Shown: piece by piece, positions 55,517-64,000 of the stretch
Position numbering within the stretch: position 1 is the stretch's first letter
How the letters are laid out: each line of letters begins with the position of its first letter
From: Paramoeba atlantica
Lineage: Eukaryota; Protista; Discosea
Reading direction: 5' to 3'
DNA: 64,000 nt
NCBI GenBank assembly: GCA_977017575.1
Contig: CDRNVI010000099.1
Span: 188,586 to 252,585, forward strand
Notes under the pieces: model-generated
Told to the model about the DNA's origin: nothing
The model's database searches: none
Seen by the model: only the letters and a program-made list of their open reading frames with translations
Made by a program: the position numbers and the translations under genes

Positions 55517-57305
55517 CAGGGCCGTTCGAGATTCACAGAGGAAAGACTTTATGAGCTACGTGACCACTTTTTGATTGATCTTTTTTGCAAAGTATTCGGA
55601 TATACATAGAGAAGCTGAATCAACTATTAAAACCTCTTATTCGTAGTCTTCCGACCCCTGCATTTTTTTTCCATCACTTTTTCCTCGTTTTCTTAGGACG
55701 ACAAAAAAAAATATTTTTTGACGACTTAAAAATTTCTTTTCTACTTTAACTATGGAAAACCTTTACGACTCAGAATCCGATCCCGAAGTGGTTTCTCCTC
55801 CTGAATCTCAACAAAGCAATGAAGACTGTACATCTAGCGACAGTTACACGTGCACAACATTTGCCGAGGGCAATGATCCTGATTGGAATTCTGAGGACCT
55901 GTCCAGTGATGATTCAACCACGAGTGACACGGAATCTAAGGATTTTATGGATTATATTACGAATCTGCGCTCCTGCGCGGAAATGCCTAATGCAGATACA
56001 AATTCTACCCATGCAGACTCTCCCAAAGAAACACTTATCCAGGAAGATTTGCCTTTTGAACATGAATTGGTCAAAACGGTTTCAGAACTCAAGGAGTCAT
56101 GCACTGCTTTCTCTCTGGTTGCTCCTCCGGACGATACAATACCCCCCTCGGCAAATCATATTTTTGAAGCGCCCTCCGTTCAGGAAACTCCTTTGATTTT
56201 CTGTTATGTGTCAATTGCGGAGCTCAATACATTGCGGCTTTGCGATCTCTAAAACAGCAGCTTCCCCGCATCTTAGAGCAAAGAAGCCAGGAAGCCAGGA
56301 AAGCGGAGAACACAAAAGGCGGAAGACCGTGGAAGAAAAGAAATTTTAATCGGTTGGGATTACCCGTCATATGGAAGGGAAAGGATAGACTCACAAAGAC
56401 TGACGTTTTTACACTAAAAGTTTTACATTCCGCGGGTTTTTTCTCTCAAGCCGATTTGTGTCACATGTTGTCGTTAAATAGTGGCACGTGCAGTGTTCTC
56501 TTACGCAAAACAAATACTTTTGTTGATCAGGAAATAAAAAGTGTAGTGTACGCGCAAAATTCTTTGAAGAATTGGGAACATTTCAATAAAGCTCAAGATC
56601 TTTTCGCGACCGTCATGGCGAAGCACAAAACTGTTATGGTGTGCTTTTGATGTAGATGGAATAGTATTGTGGCACTGGTGCGATGATCTTGAAGAGTTTT
56701 ACTGTAAAGAACCTGCCAAAAGACCCTTGAATAGTGGAATTGGGGGAAATATTACAAAGCAGTGATTCTTGAAAAGATGTGGAAACCGTAATCTTAAAAG
56801 AGCGTTTCTGAAGAATTTCTAAGATCGCACAACGCCAAAGTTGAATGTAAAAAACTGCACTTGTCATTTCGAGATCGCCTTGAGGAATGCAAGAGACTTG
56901 AAGGTAAAAAAACCAAGTACTGAGTAGTGATTCCCCTTCCTTATGCAGGGGTGGGTACGAAAATATGGGGGAGGGTCAATACCGTTCATCCATTTTACAC
57001 GTTACACTCCTCAAAGTCCTCCCAAGCATTTGTTTGATCAACTCTAAGCCCTCTATAAGTATGTAAGATGTTAAATCGCCAGAAAAGTAAGTGTCGAGAG
57101 GTCGATGGTTCATTTATCCTACCGAAATTTTCACAAATTTTATGTTTTTCCCTACGCCACACGTCGGGCACCTGGCAGCTTTTGTGTATATCTATAGTTG
57201 ATTCAGTAAGCCTTCATCCTAAACTTCTCTTTTGCACCCTTTAAACGCAAAAACATTCTTCCGCGCCCAAAATAAACGTCCTTGGAAATGACCCTAACGG
57301 CCCTG
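55517..57305 (+). mobile_element. Putative unclassified TIR element with decayed acidic/HTH-like ORF
   Basis: Terminal atacagggccgtt / aacggccctgtat. ORFs 55752-56252 and 56240-56650 (GGRPWKK, then an HTH-like segment) lie on the strand opposite the host genes. Confidence 0.45.
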
Positions 57306-57311
57306 TATTCG

Positions 57312-60300
57312 TTATTCTGCCAGCGAAAAAATCATGTCCCAGTCTTCACCAATCAAGACATGTACTTTTTCAGCAGTGAGCACATGTGAGACGTTTCGAT
57401 CGTAGCGAAATTGAATATTCCGTGTCCCATGTTCTTGGATTGCATCAATGACAGGAACCTCTGATTGAATTTCTTCCATGACGAGCTTTTCAGCGGGTAT
57501 CGTAGCCTTCACAACTTCCACTCGACTTACATTGACCGGAGCGCCCAATATTATGATTTTCTCGAATACAAGTTTGCGGAACTCCGCTCCGTGCAGAGGA
57601 TGCTGCAGTAGAGTGCGATTCGTATGTGTATGGTGTGAAGTCGTGAAATTTTCTCGACTTTTTAGCTTTACAGCCGTCGCTCGGTTGGATAAACGCAATA
57701 CAGTCGTATCCGAAGAACCGTCTGCGTGTCTCCTGATCTCGCGCGTTAACTTGAAGCTTCGATGCACGAAATTCCCATCTCGATAAAGAAATGTTTCTCC
57801 ATCGTCCTCATAAAGTTCTCCTTTCGCCAGCAATGTTATCTGCGAATCACGTGTGTCCCACTGCAAACATTTGTTTCCATGCCCTGCACTTTTCTCATCC
57901 TTTAGTACATGTTCTCCATCCGGGTCAATGGTGAGAAGCAGCGTAAGAGGGTCTCGTCGCGAGGCAGCCGTACTCCGCCGTACCCCATAGCGTACCGGGA
58001 GAACGCTTCCCGCACGAAGAAACAACGGAATATCTTGGATCCCAACCGCACATTCCACATTTCCACCTCCTGCATATTGCACACCACTGGGGTAGGCATA
58101 CCAAACCAACGGCCTCCTCACCTGCGAAAATCCAACCGTTTCGTTTTCTCTCCTATCAATTTCATCTTCAACAGCCCGATTTCTCGTGTTATTCCCTTTA
58201 TCCGACGCTTCGTACCGTTCCACGCCCCTTGGTAACGCGCAGGACACGGATCCCGCATTCGCACGTAACACAGGACACACCAACAACGCGCTCCCCATCA
58301 TAAACAACGACTGCAGGTCCGCAAGGTCCTTTTCCTGGGGAAATTCCACAAAAAGCGGTCGCATCAACGGCATCCCTTTTCCGTGACATTCCACATATAA
58401 GGTGGTATAAAAGTAAGGAAGAAAAAAATAGCGCCACTTGAGCGCTTGTCGAATCGCTGCCAGTGTGCGGGTGGGCTGATTTTTATCCGTTTTTGCTTTG
58501 GTATCCCAACTCCACGGCTCGCGTCGTTTCGTCTCGATATGCCCATGGGCGCGGCAAAACGGATAGAACGCCCCAAGCTGGTACCACCGGGTCGCGAGCT
58601 CGGGCCCGGGGTTGCCGAAGAACCCCGGGATGTCGGCCCCCACAAAGGGGAGATTAGAAACGGAGAGGGAGAGGAGCATGGGGAGGGATTGGGCTAAGTG
58701 GGACCAACTCGCGTGGTTGTCTCCGGTCCACACCGCCGCAAAGCGTTGGGTCCCCGCGAAGAAGCTCCGGGTGAGAAGAAAAGGACGGGGGAGGTAGGAG
58801 GGGGGGTGCGCGTTGCTGTTCCTTCTCCCGCTCTCCCAGGCGAGAGGACCCTCACCAGGATTCCCATCCCAATGGTTGCTCGAAGAAGAACAGGGGAGGG
58901 TCTTTTGATTCATAAAAAAGGAAAAGATGGAAGAATCGGATTGTTGCGCTCTTTGGTTTTGTAATGTGTTTTGCGACACAGAAGTTTGGATGGGGGTAGA
59001 AAAGGAAGGAGAGGGAGGTGCTCGAAGAAGATTACGCTGGAGTAATCCCTGGTACGTTGCCATGGTGTGGTAGAATCCGTACAAGTTGTGAACCTCGCGA
59101 TGAGGCACAAGGTGTAGTGGCGCAGGCTCGGAGGATGCATTCCCAGCATAACGTTTGGTCATGTTTGGCACGTCTGCGTTTGCAAACCCATTTTCTACGG
59201 GAGTATCATTCCGATGGAGGGAGTCCAGCAAGCTTCCGTGAGGGATAAGATGCAACGCAGATCCGTCCAACGTGCCATCCGGGCCGTCAAACACGCTGGG
59301 TTCATTCATATCTATCCAGGTATGCAGCGTAGGCGTCGAGCCGTGATATTTTTCATACGAGAACAGACTTGCATACCACGACCGAGCCTTTGGGTTGAGA
59401 TAATCTATCCAACTACTCGAGCCTGGCCAACACTTGCCCTCGTAGTCGACAAGGTCCGCGTGGAGCCGAGATTCGTCAACGCTTCTCTGCGTGCTGTCTT
59501 CTTCACTAGGAGGAACCGTGAGGGCTCCTTCCTTGTGCGTGGAAGACCTCCTGGCCGCGGTTTTCACGTAAAAGTTATTCCGCGTGGCTTCCTCATGAAC
59601 AAAGAAATCCATGTCTCGTTTAATATGCGGATCTGTGATGGCAACCATGTAGCGTCCTTTTGCCGCCAGCGCGTGTTGCATTTTCTCGGGCTCCGGGAAG
59701 TTGTGCGTGTCCCAGGTGAAGTACTTTTTACGATCGGTGTGTTCAATGTCAAGCCAAAGCACGTCGTAGGGTAGATTATGTTCGTCAAATGTGGCATCGA
59801 CTTGTAGAACGTCCTCCACGTCGTTGTAATTCCATCGGCTCTGATGATACCCAAGAGCAAAATACGGAGGAAGGAATGGCGCACCCGTAATTGACGCATG
59901 TTGAGAAAAAACCTCTTTCGGTGTCTGTCCGGGAAACATGAAGAAGTCCAGTATGCCTCCTTGACTTTTCCATAGAGTATGTTTCCCAAATCCACGACGC
60001 TGTGAACACGCATCGGTTTCCTGAGCCTCACAGTCAGCCACTTTCCCACTCTCTTCGTTCGCGAGCGATTCAACGGTGACATTCGTATCCCCACCATGTA
60101 ACCAGAGAAATCCGGAGTACGACGTGTGAACTGTTGAATCCTGTGACGTGTTCCCTTGCTGGCGAGCCATCACAAAGGGAATACTACCATACAGAGGGCC
60201 TGGGTCGTGTAGCTTATACTTGAACACATCTTTGTTGTAGAGACCGTAAGTTTGGTCCGGAAGAGCAAAATCGGTGGAGTGTTCGGGCAAGCCATAAAGG

Positions 60301-60893
60301 TGAGTGGCAGAGGGAAAGAAAACGGATCCGGTAATAAAATTCGTTTCGTAGTTTTCGCTCGCGCTCTCCTGATTTGCCCTGGGGGAGCTATAAATACCTG
60401 TAACGTTTGAGAGTGGGAAGGCCGCGCGCAGAACTAGGTGTGGGGAATTGTCTGTATGCGAATAAAAATAAATAGAAATGTTCTCTGCTAAACAACTAGT
60501 TCGATTCGCATTGTTTGCTTCAGTTGCTTTAAAAAACTCCAGGTAGAGTTTAACAGAGCTCTTGCCTGACACGCTATGTATCGTGTATTCATGAGGTCCG
60601 CATTGATTGACGCGTTCCTGTGCTATTGGCTCATGCCCAGATAGCCTATGACTCGTTACCACGTCGTGGTTGAAAAACTCAAAGGATCTCTTATCCCCTG
60701 ACTTATGCCCAGGGTGATACCGAATCCGAAAGATATTGATAGGATATTCTTCGATACGGAGTATTCCACCCGCTGGAGCTGGAAGCACCACATCTAACGG
60801 CAACGCGTACTGCGGCACCCTATTAACGTGTGCATAGCACAGTAAAACTGAGAGAGCATAAAGTAACGACGTGTTAAAAAACATGAATGACAC
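57312..60893 (-). CDS. GANAB: Glucosidase II alpha subunit (GH31)
   Basis: Signal peptide, LGYHQSRWNY, WLDIEHT, WIDMNEPSVF (nucleophile), LTRSFFAG.QR.AAVWTGDN (acid/base), GADIPGFFGNP and HIETKRREPW. Confidence 0.96.
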   Translation of the reverse strand: MSFMFFNTSLLYALSVLLCYAHVNRVPQYALPLDVVLPAPAGGILRIEEYPINIFRIRYHPGHKSGDKRSFEFFNHDVVTSHRLSGHEPIAQERVNQCGPHEYTIHSVSGKSSVKLYLEFFKATEANNANRTSCLAENISIYFYSHTDNSPHLVLRAAFPLSNVTGIYSSPRANQESASENYETNFITGSVFFPSATHLYGLPEHSTDFALPDQTYGLYNKDVFKYKLHDPGPLYGSIPFVMARQQGNTSQDSTVHTSYSGFLWLHGGDTNVTVESLANEESGKVADCEAQETDACSQRRGFGKHTLWKSQGGILDFFMFPGQTPKEVFSQHASITGAPFLPPYFALGYHQSRWNYNDVEDVLQVDATFDEHNLPYDVLWLDIEHTDRKKYFTWDTHNFPEPEKMQHALAAKGRYMVAITDPHIKRDMDFFVHEEATRNNFYVKTAARRSSTHKEGALTVPPSEEDSTQRSVDESRLHADLVDYEGKCWPGSSSWIDYLNPKARSWYASLFSYEKYHGSTPTLHTWIDMNEPSVFDGPDGTLDGSALHLIPHGSLLDSLHRNDTPVENGFANADVPNMTKRYAGNASSEPAPLHLVPHREVHNLYGFYHTMATYQGLLQRNLLRAPPSPSFSTPIQTSVSQNTLQNQRAQQSDSSIFSFFMNQKTLPCSSSSNHWDGNPGEGPLAWESGRRNSNAHPPSYLPRPFLLTRSFFAGTQRFAAVWTGDNHASWSHLAQSLPMLLSLSVSNLPFVGADIPGFFGNPGPELATRWYQLGAFYPFCRAHGHIETKRREPWSWDTKAKTDKNQPTRTLAAIRQALKWRYFFLPYFYTTLYVECHGKGMPLMRPLFVEFPQEKDLADLQSLFMMGSALLVCPVLRANAGSVSCALPRGVERYEASDKGNNTRNRAVEDEIDRRENETVGFSQVRRPLVWYAYPSGVQYAGGGNVECAVGIQDIPLFLRAGSVLPVRYGVRRSTAASRRDPLTLLLTIDPDGEHVLKDEKSAGHGNKCLQWDTRDSQITLLAKGELYEDDGETFLYRDGNFVHRSFKLTREIRRHADGSSDTTVLRLSNRATAVKLKSRENFTTSHHTHTNRTLLQHPLHGAEFRKLVFEKIIILGAPVNVSRVEVVKATIPAEKLVMEEIQSEVPVIDAIQEHGTRNIQFRYDRNVSHVLTAEKVHVLIGEDWDMIFSLAE

Positions 60894-61677
60894 AAATAAA
60901 ATATCACCGAGGTAATATTTGATACATACGCATCACTTTGAATTACTATACTTATACATATGGTGTAGTATTTCTGTGCAGTATATGAGAAGGGTGTATA
61001 TGAGAAGTGAGATAATTTCTCACTGTAAGCATTTATGTGCAAGCTGCTATTAGAGATATGGCAGACCCCAACTTCTCGTGCAAAGCACTTCAGAATTTCA
61101 GGAGAACTAAATGCAGAGGCCATGATATGCTTGAGCTCCATACTCTCTACCCAAGACTTGCACTGCGAAACAGACGAAAAGGTTTCCCTATGAACGCGAA
61201 GAATGGGCACAGTGCGACTGTGCCGTGTCACTACCGCACTACTTACGATATTAAAGTTTAAAAAAATTGAGCAGACAATAATCATGCTCAAACAATGCGA
61301 TTCTAAATTTTTTTGATGTACATTTCACGATAAAAAAATGTATTTCTCTCGATCATAAGTGTATTTCATCTAATAATAATAATAATAGAGGGGCTGCGGA
61401 TGACGTAAAGCGCTGTTTCGCGGTGTTTCGCGCTGTTTCACGCTGTTTCGCGGCGTTTCAACACTAGGTAAGTGAAAAATGAAATAAGTAGCTATTTTTT
61501 ATTTGAAATAACCTATGAATGAAAGCAGAGTAGGCACTCGAGGGGGGCAAAGTTCGGGAGTATGCCGCGGTGGTCTCCATGCATAAAAAAGATTAAAATA
61601 TTAATGTACTATACATTTCAAAACTGATCTTCAGCACTCATTCGCAAATATTAAAAAAGTTGAACACATTTCAAATA

Positions 61678-61761
61678 CTGTGACCCCCTTTAACGTAGAA
61701 TAATGCGTTTTGTCTCTATGATAGGGGGTTTGGGGGGGTGTATATTAAAGGAGGGTTACAG
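61678..61761. mobile_element. 84-bp TA-flanked MITE
   Basis: ctgtgaccccctttaa / ttaaaggagggttacag. A related left end occurs at about 47975. Confidence 0.7.
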
Positions 61762-61833
61762 TAATGTACTTAGTGCTGATCTTCTCCACTTTACACTTTA
61801 CACTTCGTATTCCCTTTTTCGCCCCATAGCGTT

Positions 61834-62351
61834 TTACTCGAGCTCGGGAAATCGAATGACACTGCCCGATAGGCCCTTTGCAGGGCTTTCCACTTGGCTG
61901 CTTTCAGCGCTTGCTTCGAGGGAAGCGGAAGCTTTCATCTTTTTTTGGCGCCATGCTGCGCAAGCGCGAGACCGTTGTCCCGTGATCGAGCGCCACAAGC
62001 TCTCGACAAAGTCTCCCACCTCGCCTTTTCGTCGCGGAGCATATAATGGTTGCTCCTCAAGGTAGCTTTCCATGTCTTGGGCAACCTCACCCAGAAAGTA
62101 CAGTTCACGTGGACGCACATCGAGTAGGAGATGTCCTCGGTGCTGTACCAGGAGAAGAACTGTGCGACGAACGATAGAGGAACATTATCAACAGGAACAT
62201 TATGAATGCCCCTCTTTCCCACAGAAAAACATTCCAGGGCCTTGTTTACCCGTTCCATGATGCTTGTCACCTTCTCACCAAACTCTTCAGGAGAAATCTG
62301 GAGGACTGGCTTATCAAACACAGTTACGCGTTTATAATTAAAGTTATACAC
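61834..62351 (-). pseudogene. Frameshifted paralogue of 62808-63452
   Basis: KRVTVFDKPVLQIS...VNKALECF, then after a frameshift at the duplicated ataatgttcct: RGHLLLDVRPRELYFLGE...GEVGDFVESLWRSITGQRSR. Confidence 0.85.
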
Positions 62352-62807
62352 AGTTACGCGTTTATAATTAAAGCGTTTTAATAATAATTTTAAAACTGTT
62401 TAAATAGAGGGGAGGCCACGCGTCTGTGGTGAACGGCAGAATATGGCAGAAATGGGCAATAATCTGCTGTTAATGAGCACTGGCGGAGAAAAAAAGTCCC
62501 ATGTAGAAAACAAATCCGCGCCGCTTCGCGGCGCAAAACGGGGGGACAGTATATCAAAATGTAGTATACATGAGGGGCTGCGGGTACTGCGACCGAGACC
62601 GCACCGAGACCGCGGTTCTTATTTTCGGTGGGGAGAGATAGAAAAACAGCCAAAAGTTTACATTTGTTTTTATTTTTAAGTGGAATTTCGAATTCGGTGT
62701 ACGCTTCTAGCTATATTTTTCTCTGTTTCTTTCTCTGAATCATTTTCATCCTTTTTACTAACAACAGCGCGTTTTTCTTTTCCCGTAAACTTTTCTCCTA
62801 AATTTTT

Positions 62808-63452
62808 ATGACTATCGAGAGCAATGACGCATTGCAAGAGCGATTGACTGCTCTTGAGCCTGAGACAAGTGCCGAAGACAAACTCTTCGATGTCATCAAG
62901 GCTTCGACGATCCGGGTCTTTACGAAGAGGCCCGACGTTTTCTCCAAGCCACGTTTGGAGATAAGCAATGCAGAGCTCAGTGGTAAAGTGGATGAAATCG
63001 TAGGGCGCGTGTCACGCACGATGGACAACTTCCTACATGTAGCACGCTCTGTGTGTGGCATTGACTTGACCTCGTGCATCGTGACTCGCGTCCTGTTCCA
63101 CTTGGTTGACGGCCGGGGCCATCTGCTTCTGAGCGTCCGCCCCCGGAGCGCGTACTTCCTTGGAGAGGCAACCACCGACCTTGAAGCGTACCTTCAAGAA
63201 GACCCTCTCTTTTCCCCCCATCGCCAAGGTGAAGTTGGCGACTTTGTGGACAGCGTGTGGCGCTCTGTTTCCGGGAAGCGGTCTCGCGTTTGCCAGCAGT
63301 GGCGTCAGCGCAAGCGGACCGCTTCTCGTCACAATGAATCAAGCAGCGGGGCTGAACTCTCACCACCACCCCCAGAATACAATCCTCCCTCGTATTCGGT
63401 GGCCAGCCCGATCGCTACTTCGGATCGTTCGGTTCGTTTCCCGGCCTTATAG
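62808..63452 (+). CDS. Hypothetical protein with two C-terminal PPxY motifs; multi-copy family
   Basis: Intact 214-aa ATG ORF ending ...SPPPPEYNPPSYSV.... Two other homologous segments occur in the window. Confidence 0.75.
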   Translation: MTIESNDALQERLTALEPETSAEDKLFDVIKASTIRVFTKRPDVFSKPRLEISNAELSGKVDEIVGRVSRTMDNFLHVARSVCGIDLTSCIVTRVLFHLVDGRGHLLLSVRPRSAYFLGEATTDLEAYLQEDPLFSPHRQGEVGDFVDSVWRSVSGKRSRVCQQWRQRKRTASRHNESSSGAELSPPPPEYNPPSYSVASPIATSDRSVRFPAL

Positions 63453-63601
63453 GTGTGCTAGGTAAGACGGTAATAAGGTCTTACGAAGGTAAGACGGTAA
63501 TAAGATGGTAAAGAAGGTAATAAGGCAAGTTAGAAGGCAAGGTAAGGTAAGGCAATTTCGTTCCCACCACATATTTCCGCCTAATAATAATTTCTTTTTT
63601 A

Positions 63602-63696
63602 GGCTCTTCGTTAAACGCGGTGGTTGCTTTCAACTTAGAAGTCACTCATGCTGCGCGCTTCGCGTTGAAAACTACCGCCGCGTTTAACGAAGAGCC
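63602..63696. repeat. 95-bp palindromic element, TA-flanked
   Basis: ggctcttcgttaaacgcggtggttgctttcaac...gttgaaaactaccgccgcgtttaacgaagagcc. Confidence 0.85.
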
Positions 63697-64000
63697 TAAA
63701 AAAGAAAATTTAGCCTGGAAAACGGAAAGATTATAGCCAAAAATAGCCGAATTTCGGGTACAAATGGGGTCATTTTCGCATATTTTTGCTCTCAGAGCAC
63801 TAAATCCGACATTTGCGCGTGGAAAATCACTCGCAGGCATGAATGAAAGCCTACCGAACGTATTGGGTAGAGAATACGACTCCAACCATACCATTCTTTC
63901 GACACAAAAATGCCCCTTTAGGTCCGAAAAATACTTTTTCACCTTTTTTAGTCAAAAGTGGGTCATTTTGAGGGGCGCACCACAGTTCGAAGAAGTGATA

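Noticed and set aside
55509-57313. hAT assignment for the CAGGG-ended element
   Set aside because: The 8-bp flanks (agtagata vs tattcgtt) are not duplicated. Only TA/AT is shared.
60900-61300. ORF 60794-61291 as an LRR-family N-terminal fragment
   Set aside because: Only vague similarity, with no HxTW/C-x-W cap or LRR repeat.
1-64000. TnpB/Fanzor, tyrosine recombinase, tRNA, rRNA or telomeric repeat arrays
   Set aside because: No RuvC/Zn-finger TnpB pattern, R-H-R-Y recombinase pattern, cloverleaf, rRNA-like tract or (TTAGGG)n was recognised in the ORF track or sequence.

Overview
Eukaryotic nuclear DNA, most likely from a kinetoplastid (Perkinsela/Prokinetoplastina-like). This is an inference from intronless genes, nearly all host genes lying on the minus strand, pyrimidine-tract/AG acceptors upstream of some ATGs, and spliced-leader-like motifs. 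Recognisable host genes are RNA polymerase II RPB2, FACT subunit SSRP1, a TPM-domain membrane protein, glucosidase II alpha (GH31), a probable CRAL-TRIO protein and a long repeat-rich hypothetical protein. They are interspersed with about 11 copies, fragments or pseudogenes of one short LRR family. The rest is a dense transposon landscape: Merlin elements (one intact with an 8-bp TSD, one MITE, two decayed), Tc1/IS630 and pogo derivatives with many TA-flanked MITEs, a full-length RLE-type LINE, CRE-like LINE fragments, a YR-retroelement-like RT fragment, and a decayed bacterial-type IS30 with both TIRs. The most novel-looking signal is a ~560-bp structured, A-tailed element whose 5' end resembles a spliced-leader RNA, including the GT donor. 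It occurs as two long copies, one cleanly splitting an LRR ORF, plus one short copy, and is a candidate SL-RNA-derived SINE. No rRNA, tRNA, CRISPR array or TnpB/Fanzor ORF was recognised. All assignments are by eye, without database searches.
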